A stretch of 64,000 nucleotides of DNA from Coleofasciculus chthonoplastes F2-STO-03 (GCA_040222015.1 JAVJWO010000041.1:14823-78822); one strand, 5' to 3'. Shown: positions 47,673-58,545, numbered from the stretch's first letter. Numbers and translations are program-made. The notes: generated by a model not told the origin, from the sequence alone.

Positions 47673-50600
47673 ACAAGACTATTTTCGCGGATGATATCAT
47701 TCAGCGATCCAACAAACTCTTGTTCCAAATAAGGCTTAGTAAAATACCCACTCGCCCCCAACTGCATCGCTAACCAGCGATGTTTTTGACTACTGCGAGA
47801 GGTTAACATAGCAACAGGAACGCTGGACAATTGCGGATCTTGACGCCGTTGACTGAGAAACTCAAACCCATTCATATTCGGCATCTCAATATCACAAACC
47901 ACTAACTGCACCGATGCACTTTGCTGCAACTGCTCGATCGCCTCTCGCCCATCCCGTGCTTGTAATACCCGAAAACCTGCTCGTTCTAGGGTTAACGCCA
48001 GGGTTTGTCGCAACGCCACCGCATCATCGACAATCAAGATTGTCGGTACTTGCACCGTTCGGCTGAGAGTAGTTGTATCCCCTGAACCCATCGCCGTTTC
48101 GTCGGAAGGCGCTTTCGGTACAGGCGTCGCCGTTGGCGTCGTTGATCCGTGGGCAAATTCCAACAGCGCGATGCCATCAATTACTGGAATTACACTCCCA
48201 TCCCCCAAAATCGTACAGCCGTAGGTATAACTAGGGGGAGAAATTGCCGCCCCAAAGGGTTTAATCACCAATTCTTGTTCTGTAACCAGACGCTCCACTT
48301 CCACAGCAAATACCTGCTGATCCTGACGCAATACCAGCATCGGTAATTGCCATGTCTCTGGTGCAGCCACTGAACTTAACGCCTGACCGGACAAGCTTTC
48401 CGGTAAGGGGCGCTGATAGTCCAACAGTTCCCCTAATCGATACGTTGGTATTAATTGTTCCCGCCAATGGAGAAACCGTTGCGCCCCAGATTTTTTCACT
48501 TGGTTGGCTTTGGGAATGACAATTTCTTCAATACTGTCCGAGGGTAACGCTAACACCGTCGTACCAATGAAACAGACCAATAATTTAGCGATGGTTAGGG
48601 TTAACGGTAGACGCAACGTAAACGTCGTACCGCCTCCTGGCGTCGAAGTTACAGAAATTTTACCTTTTAGCGATCGCAACTGAGTCCGCACCACATCTAA
48701 CCCCATCCCTCGTCCCGATAATTGACTCACTTGCTGGGCGGTGGAAAATCCTGGCTCAAAGATAAATCCCCACAAATGCGCCTCTGAGATTGTCGCCAAT
48801 TGGTCACGGGATACTAATCCCAACTCAACCGCCCGACGTCCAATTCGCTCGGCATTTAATCCTTGACCATCATCCCGAACTTCGATAATCGTTTGACTTC
48901 CCTTGTGATACGCCCGAATCTCCATTTGTCCCGATTCCGGTTTCCCCCGTTGATGCCGGATCTCAGCAGACTCAATTCCATGGTCAAAAGCATTTCGGAG
49001 TAAATGCAGCAACGGATCATAGAGCTTTTCTAACACCGCTTTATCAACCAAAACCCCTGTTCCAGTTAACTTCAAATTCACCAGTTTGTGATACGTGTTA
49101 GACAGTTCTCGTAATACCCTGGGAAACCGATTCAACACCTCCCCAATCGGTAACATTCGCGCCCACATCAACTCATCCCGCAAGTGGTTGAGCATTTGAC
49201 GCTGCTGTTCTGTAGTTTGATCGGATTTCTTGGCAAACAAAGCGATATCATCAACCGCTTCTTCTAACTGCACCATCTCTTCCAGAATCCCTTGGATTTG
49301 GGAATAGAGAGCGCCGTAGCTATCCATTTCCAAGGAGTCAAAATCCGCTAATGTTTTAAGGGTTCCATCCGGGGAGCGATCCGAGGTTTGCAGTCCTAGC
49401 GATCGCCCATTACCGCCTGGGGAAATCGGACGAGCCATTGCCTCCACACCCGCCATCATCCCATAGCTGTACCGTTCCGGCGCAACCAGCATCTTATCCG
49501 ATAAACTTTGCAATTGATTCACAATCTGCCCAAATCGCCCAAATCGATCCAGCAAGGCTCGCACAGAACCCTGTAATTGCTGATTCTGGAGTGATAACCC
49601 ATTGCGGTTAATCGCTAATTCCCCAACCAAGTTATTCATCCGTTCCAGTCGATCTAAATCTACCCGCACGGATAGAGTTGGCGTGGGGGCTGGTGAACGG
49701 GGAGGAGTCGATGCAACGGGATTGTTGCTCGTCAACTTATTAGATGAAGACGCGGTGATATTACGCTGATCCAATGGGTTGGACACCAACGAATTCCCCT
49801 GAAACAGGGTTAATTGCGACGCCTCTTCCAGGGAGGGAAGTTGATCAAAAACTTGCTCAATCGATTGAATCGCAATATCAAGGTTGATCGGTTCAGTCGG
49901 AACTAATGCAGAGGTTTCGGGTACAACATCCGCTTCGACTTCGGTGACAGTTTCGGGAGTTGCTTGGAGGTGATCCTCTATCTGGGCGAGGATAGAGATT
50001 TCCTCGTTAACTTCTTCTGTCTCTAAAATATCCTCACCTTCAGACGTACCAAAAATATCGTCTAAAGAAGGAATTGATGATGGTGATTCTGCTGTGGCTG
50101 GCAGGGTATACGGTTCAGTCTCTTGAGAAAACAAATCGGCGAGTAAAGGAAGCATTTCTGGTGATGGGGCGATCGCATCCTCCTCGGCAAAGGCTTCAAT
50201 CGGTTGCCCAACCGACTCTTCCATGTCCACCGAAACCTCGGTTGACGGTAGTTCCAATCCCCAATCACTCGCTTCCCACTCACCCGAAACTGTCGAAGTT
50301 GCTGGAGATTCGGCGAGGGCAATTAAAGCCTCAGAAGGACTTCCTCCCGTCGTCTGTTCACCAGAGAGAACCGCTTGACGGCTGAGTTCAAAATCAGCCA
50401 GTGCCAATTGGGTAATCTCTACAACCCTTTCGGGGTGAACCTCCAGCGCCTGTTGAGCCGTTTGTGCGATCGCGCCAAATCCGGGCAAGTTTAAGAACTC
50501 CGCAAATCCGGCAAACACTTCAAGTTGGGCGCGTAATTCTCCAGCTACTTCATAGTCTTGAGGATTCGCTACCACGGTAGCAAAACGTTCCAAGCCTTCA

Positions 50601-51091
50601 GCGACATCGACTTCAAAAATAGACACCGCCATATTGATCCCCAATTCAGCGGAACTGGGCATATAACTATCCGCCTGAGTCAGAGCATCTCCCAATCGTG
50701 CCTCAATTTGGTCAAAAATGGGAGTCCCCGTGGATATAGCCGCATCCGCGTCAAAGGAACCGGTGGTAATTTGCGATTTCAGCGGCAAACTCAGACAGTC
50801 ATAAGCTTGCAGCAGTTTATTTTCTAGCTCAACGTCAATATCTACAGTATCACTATAAAGTGCCTTAAAGATATTTTCCAAGCGGTGAGCTAGAGTCGCG
50901 ATCGCCTCTAATTCAACACTGGCTGCGCCCCCTTTTAACGAGTGAGCCGCTCGCATTAATTCGTGAACTTTAGCAGTGCTGCGCTCATCTCTGATATTTA
51001 ACAAACCTGTTTCTAGGATTTGTAAAAGTTCCGGCGCTTCGGCAATAAAAAACTGATAGGCTTGGTCACGAATATCGGGATTAATTGCCAT
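47663..51091 (-). CDS. cheA: CheA-like hybrid histidine kinase (HPt-dimerisation-HATPase-CheW-REC; PixL-like)
   Basis: RAAHSLKG, HLLRNAFDHG, DDGQG, GRGMGLDVV, C-terminal receiver CDIEMP. Confidence 0.95.
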   Translation of the reverse strand: MAINPDIRDQAYQFFIAEAPELLQILETGLLNIRDERSTAKVHELMRAAHSLKGGAASVELEAIATLAHRLENIFKALYSDTVDIDVELENKLLQAYDCLSLPLKSQITTGSFDADAAISTGTPIFDQIEARLGDALTQADSYMPSSAELGINMAVSIFEVDVAEGLERFATVVANPQDYEVAGELRAQLEVFAGFAEFLNLPGFGAIAQTAQQALEVHPERVVEITQLALADFELSRQAVLSGEQTTGGSPSEALIALAESPATSTVSGEWEASDWGLELPSTEVSVDMEESVGQPIEAFAEEDAIAPSPEMLPLLADLFSQETEPYTLPATAESPSSIPSLDDIFGTSEGEDILETEEVNEEISILAQIEDHLQATPETVTEVEADVVPETSALVPTEPINLDIAIQSIEQVFDQLPSLEEASQLTLFQGNSLVSNPLDQRNITASSSNKLTSNNPVASTPPRSPAPTPTLSVRVDLDRLERMNNLVGELAINRNGLSLQNQQLQGSVRALLDRFGRFGQIVNQLQSLSDKMLVAPERYSYGMMAGVEAMARPISPGGNGRSLGLQTSDRSPDGTLKTLADFDSLEMDSYGALYSQIQGILEEMVQLEEAVDDIALFAKKSDQTTEQQRQMLNHLRDELMWARMLPIGEVLNRFPRVLRELSNTYHKLVNLKLTGTGVLVDKAVLEKLYDPLLHLLRNAFDHGIESAEIRHQRGKPESGQMEIRAYHKGSQTIIEVRDDGQGLNAERIGRRAVELGLVSRDQLATISEAHLWGFIFEPGFSTAQQVSQLSGRGMGLDVVRTQLRSLKGKISVTSTPGGGTTFTLRLPLTLTIAKLLVCFIGTTVLALPSDSIEEIVIPKANQVKKSGAQRFLHWREQLIPTYRLGELLDYQRPLPESLSGQALSSVAAPETWQLPMLVLRQDQQVFAVEVERLVTEQELVIKPFGAAISPPSYTYGCTILGDGSVIPVIDGIALLEFAHGSTTPTATPVPKAPSDETAMGSGDTTTLSRTVQVPTILIVDDAVALRQTLALTLERAGFRVLQARDGREAIEQLQQSASVQLVVCDIEMPNMNGFEFLSQRRQDPQLSSVPVAMLTSRSSQKHRWLAMQLGASGYFTKPYLEQEFVGSLNDIIRENSLVSH

Positions 51092-51128
51092 ATTTTCGTC
51101 CTTAATTATTGAAGTTGCTTCTAGTTTG

Positions 51129-51177
51129 TAGTAAGCGCTTTAGCGCTTATAGCACGCTTCGTGCCTACTACGAACCG
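51129..51177. repeat. GTAGT...ACTAC double-hairpin REP; two more copies at 54916-55037
   Basis: GTAGTAAGCGCTTTAGCGCTTA-TAGCACGCTTCGTGCCTACTACGAACC. Confidence 0.7.
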
Positions 51178-51182
51178 AATAA

Positions 51183-54050
51183 CTAATTCAACTTAAACTG
51201 ACCCACCTCTGCTTGTAACGCTTGCGCCACTTGTCGGAGTTGTTCAAATGAGTACGATACATCACTAGCTCCTGTGGATGTTTGAGCCGCAATATTTGCC
51301 ACTTTTGTCATTGTTTCCGTCACCGATTCAGAGGCTCGTGTCTGAATTAATGTGGCTTCGGTAATCGCTTCAACCAGGTCACTAATCTTGTTGGATACAG
51401 AGGTAATCTTGTTCAGAGAGGCGCGGGTTTCATCCACGAGTTTTGTCCCCATAACCACCTGTTCTGTCCCGGCTTCCATTGCGGTTACCACCTCGTTGGT
51501 TTCCGCTTGAATTGCCGCCACCAGCTTTTCAATTTCGCTAGTCGCATTGGCAGACTGTTGAGCCAGCGATCGCACTTCGTCGGCAACCACCGCGAACCCT
51601 CGTCCTTCTTCCCCAGCGCGGGCTGCCTCAATGGAGGCGTTGAGCGCCAGCAAGTTGGTTTGGGCGGCAAAGGTGCTAATCAGGTTAACAACCGTGGAAA
51701 TCTTTTGGGAGGATTCACCCAAGTGTTTGACTTTTTTCGCCGTTTCTGCTACAGTTTCACGGATGGCGAGAATCCCGTCTACAGTACGGTTCATCGCTTG
51801 GTCTCCTTCTTGTACCATTTCACCCGCTTCTTGCACCGCCGTTAACGCTTGTTCGGCGTTCGCCGCAACCATTCGCACCGACTGAGCCATTTCCTGGGCG
51901 CGGTCAAGGGCGACAGAAATTTCTTCGGCTTGATTCAACGCTTCTTCGGCGAGGGATTGAACCGCCACTTCATTACTGCTCGTGGTATCCGCCACTTGAC
52001 TGGCTGCTGCTTGCACCTGGTTAACAATTTTCCGTAGGTTAGCAACGGTGGCATTATAGGAGTCTGCGATCGTACCGATTTCATCTTCGGTGACTCGGGC
52101 GCGAATGGTTAGATCCCCTTTACTAATCGGGTCTACCTCCTTGAGCAGTTCTAAGGCTCGCTGCTGCAACCCTTCTTTCAGTTGCCGCTGTTCTTCCGCC
52201 AGGTTTCGGGTTTGGTCAAGTAGGGTGAGTCGGTCAAGGGAGAGTCGCATCTGGTCAGCTAAACGCTGGAGGAAATCGATTTCCCCAGGGTGCCATTCGT
52301 GGGGCTTCTGGCAGTGGTGAACACTAAGTAAGGCAAAGGGTTGACCTTGCGATATCAGTAAAACATCCAGGGTAGACTTAACTTCCAGATGTTCCATAAA
52401 CTTCACCTGTTCAGGCGCTAAACCGGCGGTGGCAACATTCGTAATTGCCACAATCCCGTCATCACTGTGAGTCGCTAGCTGTTTTGGTGACAAGGGGGGA
52501 TATTTGATATTGCTATTGAATGCATGAAACTGACCCGCAGTAACCGATTCAGCCACAACCTCACCACCGCCATCAGGGTTGAGCCGATAAACAATCACCC
52601 GATCTGCCTTATAGATTTTGCGAGCATTGATCACAGCAACATCAAAAATCTCTTGAATTGCTTGGGCGTCAAAGGAACGGACGCTGATAATTTCTGCCAA
52701 CAAGTTTGCCTTTTCTGCCGCCAAAGTTTGTTCCTGTACCAGGCTGCCAATCTGTTGAGCCATTTCGTTAATGTTTGCACCCAAGACAGCCATTTCGTCT
52801 TCCCCAGCCACGTCTAGACGAGTATCCAAGTCTCCCTGACCAATTTTGGTCACCGCATCGGCAGCATTCACAATCGGGTTTGTGGCACGGTTGGCAATGG
52901 CAGCGGCGATTGCGGATACGAGTAAAGCTGTTAGTGCAGTACCACTGGCTAGGGCAAGAAGTAACTGACGCTGCGGTTCAAACGCAATCTTGGTTGGCGT
53001 GGCAACCGCTGCACCCCAGGGGAGTTTTTGCACCCCTTCCAGTTCGTGTAGGGGAGCATAAGCTAACAAGTCTTTACTGTTATCAATCGTGTCAATTGTC
53101 AGTGTACTTCCTGGTTTGCCTGCGGTTTTCAGTTGCTCAAAATCAGTAAACACTTCTGCAGCATTCTTTTGCTGCTTCTCTGGCTGGTTGGATACGAAAA
53201 TTTCCGGTGTTTCGCCAGACAAATCAATCAAATGGTATTGGTCACCACCAGCGGCAAAATTGGAAATCAAGTCATCAAGAGCTTCTACAGGCATACGAGA
53301 TCGGATGACGCCAATTAGCTTACCCGTGGCATCTTTAACAGGTGCAGCCGTATGGACAACAACTTTGCCACTAGTTTTAGAGATCGTAGGGTTACCAATA
53401 TAGGGTTGATCCAGTTTAATGGCAGCTTGAATGTAATCGCGATCGCTGTGATTCGGTAGAGGATCTCCCTCCGATTGCACAATTACATTGCCCTTGAGAT
53501 CAAAGACAGCAATGCTGTCATAAATTTTGTAGAAATCGACGTAGTTGTCGAGATTGGCTTGTTTTTGAGCTAGAGTGGTTGATTCAGCCAGTTTGGGATC
53601 GGTGAGAATTTGCAGACTCGCCAGAATCTGAATATCCCCGTACCGTTCCCGCATGAAGCGAATCACCTTATCTTCAATACCTTCAGCCCGGGCGATTTTA
53701 GCGGCGGCAATTTCTTTAGCAATCGCTTGGTCAGCAAAATAGTAGGCGGTGATTCCTGTTACCAGTACGGGAAGCGTACCAATAATGATTGCCAATGCTG
53801 TGGCTTTATTTCGCAGATTCAGTCGTTGCCACCAAGAGGTTGATGAGTGTTGTGTGGGAACGGTTTGAATCTTTGGCTTGTATCCTCCTCCATCAGGTTC
53901 TAGGCGTTTGAGAGGGTTTGGAGTTTGAGTCGCGAGGCTGTGATCAGAAAGGGGATAATCCTTGAGTGCTGAACTATTATCATTCGGTGTCAGCTTGGAG
54001 ATAGCACCTTTATTAGTTGTGGAGTTTGTATTGGGTGATGTTTGAGTCAT
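51183..54050 (-). CDS. Methyl-accepting chemotaxis protein (TM-dCache-TM-HAMP-GAF-MCP; PixJ-like)
   Basis: Two TM helices, Cache (SDRDYIQ, ISKTSG), HAMP, GAF (ADRVIVYR...AESV), [38 protein letters not shown] before ATG 54050. Confidence 0.93.
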   Translation of the reverse strand: MTQTSPNTNSTTNKGAISKLTPNDNSSALKDYPLSDHSLATQTPNPLKRLEPDGGGYKPKIQTVPTQHSSTSWWQRLNLRNKATALAIIIGTLPVLVTGITAYYFADQAIAKEIAAAKIARAEGIEDKVIRFMRERYGDIQILASLQILTDPKLAESTTLAQKQANLDNYVDFYKIYDSIAVFDLKGNVIVQSEGDPLPNHSDRDYIQAAIKLDQPYIGNPTISKTSGKVVVHTAAPVKDATGKLIGVIRSRMPVEALDDLISNFAAGGDQYHLIDLSGETPEIFVSNQPEKQQKNAAEVFTDFEQLKTAGKPGSTLTIDTIDNSKDLLAYAPLHELEGVQKLPWGAAVATPTKIAFEPQRQLLLALASGTALTALLVSAIAAAIANRATNPIVNAADAVTKIGQGDLDTRLDVAGEDEMAVLGANINEMAQQIGSLVQEQTLAAEKANLLAEIISVRSFDAQAIQEIFDVAVINARKIYKADRVIVYRLNPDGGGEVVAESVTAGQFHAFNSNIKYPPLSPKQLATHSDDGIVAITNVATAGLAPEQVKFMEHLEVKSTLDVLLISQGQPFALLSVHHCQKPHEWHPGEIDFLQRLADQMRLSLDRLTLLDQTRNLAEEQRQLKEGLQQRALELLKEVDPISKGDLTIRARVTEDEIGTIADSYNATVANLRKIVNQVQAAASQVADTTSSNEVAVQSLAEEALNQAEEISVALDRAQEMAQSVRMVAANAEQALTAVQEAGEMVQEGDQAMNRTVDGILAIRETVAETAKKVKHLGESSQKISTVVNLISTFAAQTNLLALNASIEAARAGEEGRGFAVVADEVRSLAQQSANATSEIEKLVAAIQAETNEVVTAMEAGTEQVVMGTKLVDETRASLNKITSVSNKISDLVEAITEATLIQTRASESVTETMTKVANIAAQTSTGASDVSYSFEQLRQVAQALQAEVGQFKLN

Positions 54051-54329
54051 GATATAAACCTCGTCGTTGAACATCAATAGGGTGCCAGAGATACTACTCA
54101 ACTCATCCGCAAGCCAAAAGAAAGCCTTGCGTTGGGTTAAGCAATACCGAATAGAGTTATGAAATTAAGCTAAATTTTGGGCGCGATAGTTGTCAGCCGT
54201 CTTCAATTGGCAGCGATGGAATTTTGAGGAACTAATCTTTCAGTGTCATCAGTGTCACTAACCTCTCACTACCCTACCCCCATCTTTCCAATAAATCTGT
54301 GAAATCAGTGTTTTGACAAATGACAAAAT

Positions 54330-54902
54330 TTACTGAGTTTTGGGCATGGCTTCGGTAATAGCTGTGCCATCGAGAACGGCTAACATCTCACCACTGGATT
54401 TCACCCAATATCCCCGCAAAAATGGTGCAAGTTCGGGAGTAACTGGAGCAGAAGGTGGGGATTGAATCCCATCGGGATTGCACCACTCCATATCTTCGAC
54501 ACGGTTAACCACAAGTCCCAGCATCTGGCTTTTGACTTGGGTAGAGGTTTGTGACGGGGAACGAGTATGTAACACAATTGCTGTGTAATTTGAAGCACCG
54601 GTTATCTGCTGATACCAAGGTGTGAGTCCCACGAGATGTCCGATATCCACCATCCAGAGAATCTCACCCCGCCAGTTATACACACCCATCACCCAAGCAG
54701 GTGTATGAGGGATGGGTACAATTTGACCAATCGGAATATGTAACACCTCCGTCAACTGTCTAACTGACAACAAAGCCGTTGTATCGGGTAGCAGATGAAA
54801 CCGCAAAAACTGTTCTGTGTTGCTAGCTACAGACGCAGGCGATCGCGGCTGGATCGGCATGGACGATGATAAGCGGTTTTGAGTTGATAAACTGTCAGAC
54901 AT
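54330..54902 (-). CDS. cheW: CheW adaptor (PixI-like)
   Basis: VMGVYNWRGEILWMVD, LGLVV; ATG 54902 preferred because the upstream extension crosses REP copies. Confidence 0.9.
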   Translation of the reverse strand: MSDSLSTQNRLSSSMPIQPRSPASVASNTEQFLRFHLLPDTTALLSVRQLTEVLHIPIGQIVPIPHTPAWVMGVYNWRGEILWMVDIGHLVGLTPWYQQITGASNYTAIVLHTRSPSQTSTQVKSQMLGLVVNRVEDMEWCNPDGIQSPPSAPVTPELAPFLRGYWVKSSGEMLAVLDGTAITEAMPKTQ

Positions 54903-54915
54903 GGTAAGGAAGTAT

Positions 54916-55037
54916 GTAGTAGGCACTTTAGTGCCTTGATTTTCCAGCACTAAAGTGCTGACTACGAACCGTTTTGTAGTAGGCACGAAGCGTGCCTTAT
55001 CCTTGACTTATTAGCACCAAAGTGCTGACTACGAACC
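54916..55037. repeat. Two tandem GTAGT...ACTAC REP double hairpins
   Basis: GTAGTAGGCAC....GTGCCTT...AGCAC.AAAGTGCTGACTACGAACC twice. Confidence 0.75.
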
Positions 55038-55044
55038 CTTTTAA

Positions 55045-55410
55045 TTAGGTGCGAATGAGCTGTTTAACCGTTCGGACAAGCTCATTTTGATCCACGGGTT
55101 TAGCCAGGTAAGCATCTGCTCCCTGTTTCATCCCCCAGAATTTATCCATTTCACCTCCTTTTGTCGAACAAATAACGACAGGAATATTGCTAGTTTCAGC
55201 CGCCGTTTTTAATTCACGGCAGACTTCAAAACCACTGCGACCCGGTAGCACGATGTCTAAAATAATCACATCCGGTTTTTGCGTGCTAATTTTAGCCAAA
55301 GCCTCTTCGCCACTATGGGCGACCAAGACATTGATACCACCTTGCTGTAAGCAACTGGTGATAATTTGCATATCCGTTGAGGAATCTTCAACAACTAAAG
55401 CTGTTCCCAT
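55045..55410 (-). CDS. cheY: CheY-like single-domain response regulator (PixH-like)
   Basis: VVEDS, LDIVLP, WGMKQGADAYLAKP. Confidence 0.92.
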   Translation of the reverse strand: MGTALVVEDSSTDMQIITSCLQQGGINVLVAHSGEEALAKISTQKPDVIILDIVLPGRSGFEVCRELKTAAETSNIPVVICSTKGGEMDKFWGMKQGADAYLAKPVDQNELVRTVKQLIRT

Positions 55411-55466
55411 GGTAATTACCTATCTAATGAATACAAAGGAAATTGGTCAATGATAGTTATTGTTTA

Positions 55467-55505
55467 CTTCATCGTTCATCCTAGAAGTAAGGATGAACGA
55501 TGAAG
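55467..55505. other. Perfect 16-bp inverted repeat between patA-like and cheY genes
   Basis: CTTCATCGTTCATCCT-AGAAGTA-AGGATGAACGATGAAG. Confidence 0.8.
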
Positions 55506-55507
55506 AA

Positions 55508-56863
55508 TCAATAAACACCCTGTTTTATATGTTTATGGAGTACCGTGAGCAAATTCCTGGAATTTAAAGGTTTGCTCAAGAAATCCGAGGCTCCAACAAA
55601 TTTGGCGTGAAGTCGATCGGCTGCCCCATCTTTTCCGGTTAAAAAGACAATCGGCGTGTTTTGAAAACAGGACAGTTTGCGTAATTGAGTACAAAGCTCA
55701 TATCCGTTGACATTTGGCATCACCAAGTCTAAAAAGATTAGATCAGGTTTGCGTACCAAAAGGGTGGGAATGGCTCGCAAGGCATTTTCTACACCAATAA
55801 ATCGGTAACCTGCCGCCCCGATTACTTTTTCCATGGTGTGAATCACCCAACGACTGTCATCTACACAAGCAACCAGAGATTGGGTTGAGATTGCGCTTTT
55901 GAGCGGTGTTTTTGGTACATTTGCTTTTCCAGAGGTGGGCGTAATACCCGTGGGATAAGCTTTAACCCTCTCTTTCCCTGGCTCTACGCGCCTTGATAAA
56001 ACTTGCCGTGGCGAGACGTGCCGTGGCTCGTCTCTACATTTTTCTCTGCTTTCCTGCTTGTCAGCACCAACATTTTCTCTATTCCTTGCCGTATTGGGAG
56101 TGGGTGCTGGTAAATCGGGAATATTAGTCAGTTCTACCCAGCCTGCTTTCAGGTAAGGCATTAACGCTTGAGCAATGTCCACAACATGCCGACGCTGTTT
56201 TACGGCTAAGTCACGTAATGTATGGTGTCCATCGAGTACGTTTGTTAACGTTTGGTAAACTTCGGCGGAACGGTTGTTTCGTAACTGTTCCGGTTGTTTA
56301 ATAACCGGAGCTTGATTGGGAGAATAATCCGTAAGCTGGGCATTGTGCCAAGTTTGCCACAAAGATTGGACTTGTGCGATCGCTTGATTAATTTCAATCA
56401 AAACCAGTTTCGTCGGTAACGAATAATTATGCTGGATTTGATGGGTTACTTGCTTCGCTTGCGCGATATCGAACACAACCTCAGTCAGCACAGCACGAAT
56501 CATATTGGCGGCTTGTTCGGGAGTGATTCGTCGCTGCTTGACCCAGAGACACAATAGCTGATAGTCCCAGCACGTTTTGGAATTGATACTGGCTATATCG
56601 CGCTCAATTGTGTCAGGATGAGTCAAAATTTGAGGGCAGTGAATGGCTAAATTGCGTTGCCACCGTCTCACAGGATGAACTCCTCCTGTGGCATAAAGGA
56701 TACCGCCTAGGTGCAAAAAAAAGATCCATTGGTGTCCCTTGGGAACGTTCAACACCAGTTCACCGCTAAACTGAAATCGCTGCAAGGTTCTAAGAGACCG
56801 AACTTGCTCTAGGGAAGAGAGCGTTGGAGTTGAGATTGCAGAGGGAATTTGTCTAGCCGTCAT
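55508..56863 (-). CDS. PatA-family response regulator (PATAN + REC; PixG-like)
   Basis: FSGELVL...W.FFLHLG...ATGGVHPVRRWQR (PATAN); VACVDDS, FLDLVMP, KP. Confidence 0.9.
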   Translation of the reverse strand: MTARQIPSAISTPTLSSLEQVRSLRTLQRFQFSGELVLNVPKGHQWIFFLHLGGILYATGGVHPVRRWQRNLAIHCPQILTHPDTIERDIASINSKTCWDYQLLCLWVKQRRITPEQAANMIRAVLTEVVFDIAQAKQVTHQIQHNYSLPTKLVLIEINQAIAQVQSLWQTWHNAQLTDYSPNQAPVIKQPEQLRNNRSAEVYQTLTNVLDGHHTLRDLAVKQRRHVVDIAQALMPYLKAGWVELTNIPDLPAPTPNTARNRENVGADKQESREKCRDEPRHVSPRQVLSRRVEPGKERVKAYPTGITPTSGKANVPKTPLKSAISTQSLVACVDDSRWVIHTMEKVIGAAGYRFIGVENALRAIPTLLVRKPDLIFLDLVMPNVNGYELCTQLRKLSCFQNTPIVFLTGKDGAADRLHAKFVGASDFLSKPLNSRNLLTVLHKHIKQGVY

Positions 56864-57474
56864 CGGTTTTTTGCTATGACTAAGGGATTAACAAAAGCCA
56901 GAAATGTCTAATAATGTCGGTGTTTTATACCCGTATTAGACTTCAGTCGCTTTTGAAGGGAACATCACCCTGAAACCTTCGTTAGACAAAGTGTTTTCGT
57001 CTAAAAAAACTACCTTTGCTAACTCTCATAAGATTTTGAAATTTCTCTATCAGGGAACTAAACAGGAGTGCAATCACTACAGCACTCTGAGCGATATCAG
57101 ACCTGGGATTGTAGATGCTGGTCTGATGAATGAACACCCTGTATCCCTACAATTAAGCTTGGAGTTCTTCAGCGTTATGCAATGAAGCCGTTGGCGCATT
57201 CAGTCATCCAAAACCTTAGAGATTCAAAATTAGTCAATCGCGAGTGGTAGAAGCCCTTACTTGGCTCAACTCTTTTTGGGGAGAATTAAAATGTGCAGTT
57301 GGTTGGTTTGGCACGTTTGACTCCTGATCGGTCAGAGTTGAGTTTTTCGGCGTCGTCTTACACGTTAGACAACCTGTAATACAGACTAACTTACTTCCGT
57401 ATGTTTGTCTAGAGGACTCGGAGATGAAGTGACTATTTCAGGTAATTTTTCGACAAAGCTTTACAAAAGACTCA

Positions 57475-57600
57475 GACCAATGACCAATGACCAATGACCA
57501 ATGACCAATGACCAATGACCAATGACCAATGACCAATGACCAATGACCAATGACCAATGACCAATGACCAATGACCAATGACCAATGACCAATGACCAAT
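57475..57600. repeat. STRR heptamer (GACCAAT) x18
   Basis: Read directly. Confidence 0.95.
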
Positions 57601-57616
57601 AACGAAATTTGATTGT

Positions 57617-57687
57617 GTAGGGGCGGGTTTAGGGACTTCGCGCAAGCGGTTAATGATAACCGTTTGTTCAAAACCCGCCCTGACTAC
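57617..57687. repeat. REPIN/MITE-like element, subfamily B
   Basis: Near-identical to 9291-9353 and to the reverse complement of 58471-58541. Confidence 0.85.
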
Positions 57688-57699
57688 GTTTTACGACAT

Positions 57700-58299
57700 C
57701 TAACCTTCGCTTAAATTCATTTGACCTCGAAATCCTGTAATAATGCGACTACCGTCTTTAAGGATATGAATCTCCATTTGATCAGAAGCCCAGGTGATTT
57801 GGTCTTTTAATGCGGGATTAAATACACGAACGCGCTGATTTCGAGAGGAGACGGGTGAATCGGGAGAATTAATAGCCAAGGATTCAACAAAGGGACCATC
57901 AACTAAAATATCCAGTTGTTCTAATAACTCGGGTGCGCCTGGAGGAGCATCGGGTGATTGCAGTTCCCCTAAAGTAAATCCACTAAATGACATGATATTT
58001 AACCCCGCCACTTTGAGTTTCTTAGCTAACTGCGCTAGGGCTGGCGCTTGCCAAAAGGGTTCTCCACCAGAAAAGGTGACTCCTTGATTGCGGGGATTGG
58101 ACAAAATTTTATCCGCTAATTCATCAACAGCAATTAACTGGTTAATTTCAAAAGACCAGGATGCTGGATTGAAACAGCTTGCACATTCTCGGTTACACCC
58201 TTGCACCCAAACCACAGCGCGACAGCCAGGACCATTTACTTCTGACTCGTCAACGTATCCCATAATATTCAGATATCCAGGAGGAATGTCATTTGTCAT
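57700..58299 (-). CDS. NrdG/activase-like radical SAM protein
   Basis: SEVNGPGCRAVVWVQGCNRECASCFN (CxxxCxxC), GVTFSGGEPF, DILVDGPF, SSRNQR. Confidence 0.88.
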   Translation of the reverse strand: MTNDIPPGYLNIMGYVDESEVNGPGCRAVVWVQGCNRECASCFNPASWSFEINQLIAVDELADKILSNPRNQGVTFSGGEPFWQAPALAQLAKKLKVAGLNIMSFSGFTLGELQSPDAPPGAPELLEQLDILVDGPFVESLAINSPDSPVSSRNQRVRVFNPALKDQITWASDQMEIHILKDGSRIITGFRGQMNLSEG

Positions 58300-58375
58300 T
58301 GGTTATTAGTCCTTTGTCATTGGTCATTGGTCATTTGTCCTTTGTCAAAGATTTCCACAACGCTTTAACTCAATT

Positions 58376-58541
58376 GGGGCGGGTTTAGTTGTATCTGGGT
58401 GAGGTCAGAAACGATAATAGTGAAACCCGCCCCTACACCCTTCAAAACCATGCCCGACTAGCAAAGCGAAGTAGTCAGGGCGGGTTTTGAGCAAAAGGTT
58501 ATCATTAACAGCTTGCGCGAAGTCCCTAAACCCGCCCCTAC
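58376..58541. repeat. Two inverted REPIN-like elements (subfamilies A and B)
   Basis: 58376-58436 and 58471-58541 both end AAACCCGCCCCTAC. Confidence 0.8.
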
Positions 58542-58545
58542 ACAT

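Noticed and set aside
57345..57432. Possible glutamine (glnA-type) riboswitch on the minus strand upstream of the patA-like gene (TTCATCTC...ACGGAAGTAAG...hairpin)
   Set aside because: Only part of the consensus is present: P2 does not pair and the closing GAAGGAACG is missing. An Infernal search with the glnA Rfam model would settle it.
57438..57671. ORF with (LVIGHWS)n
   Set aside because: Translation of the GACCAAT STRR run plus a REPIN.
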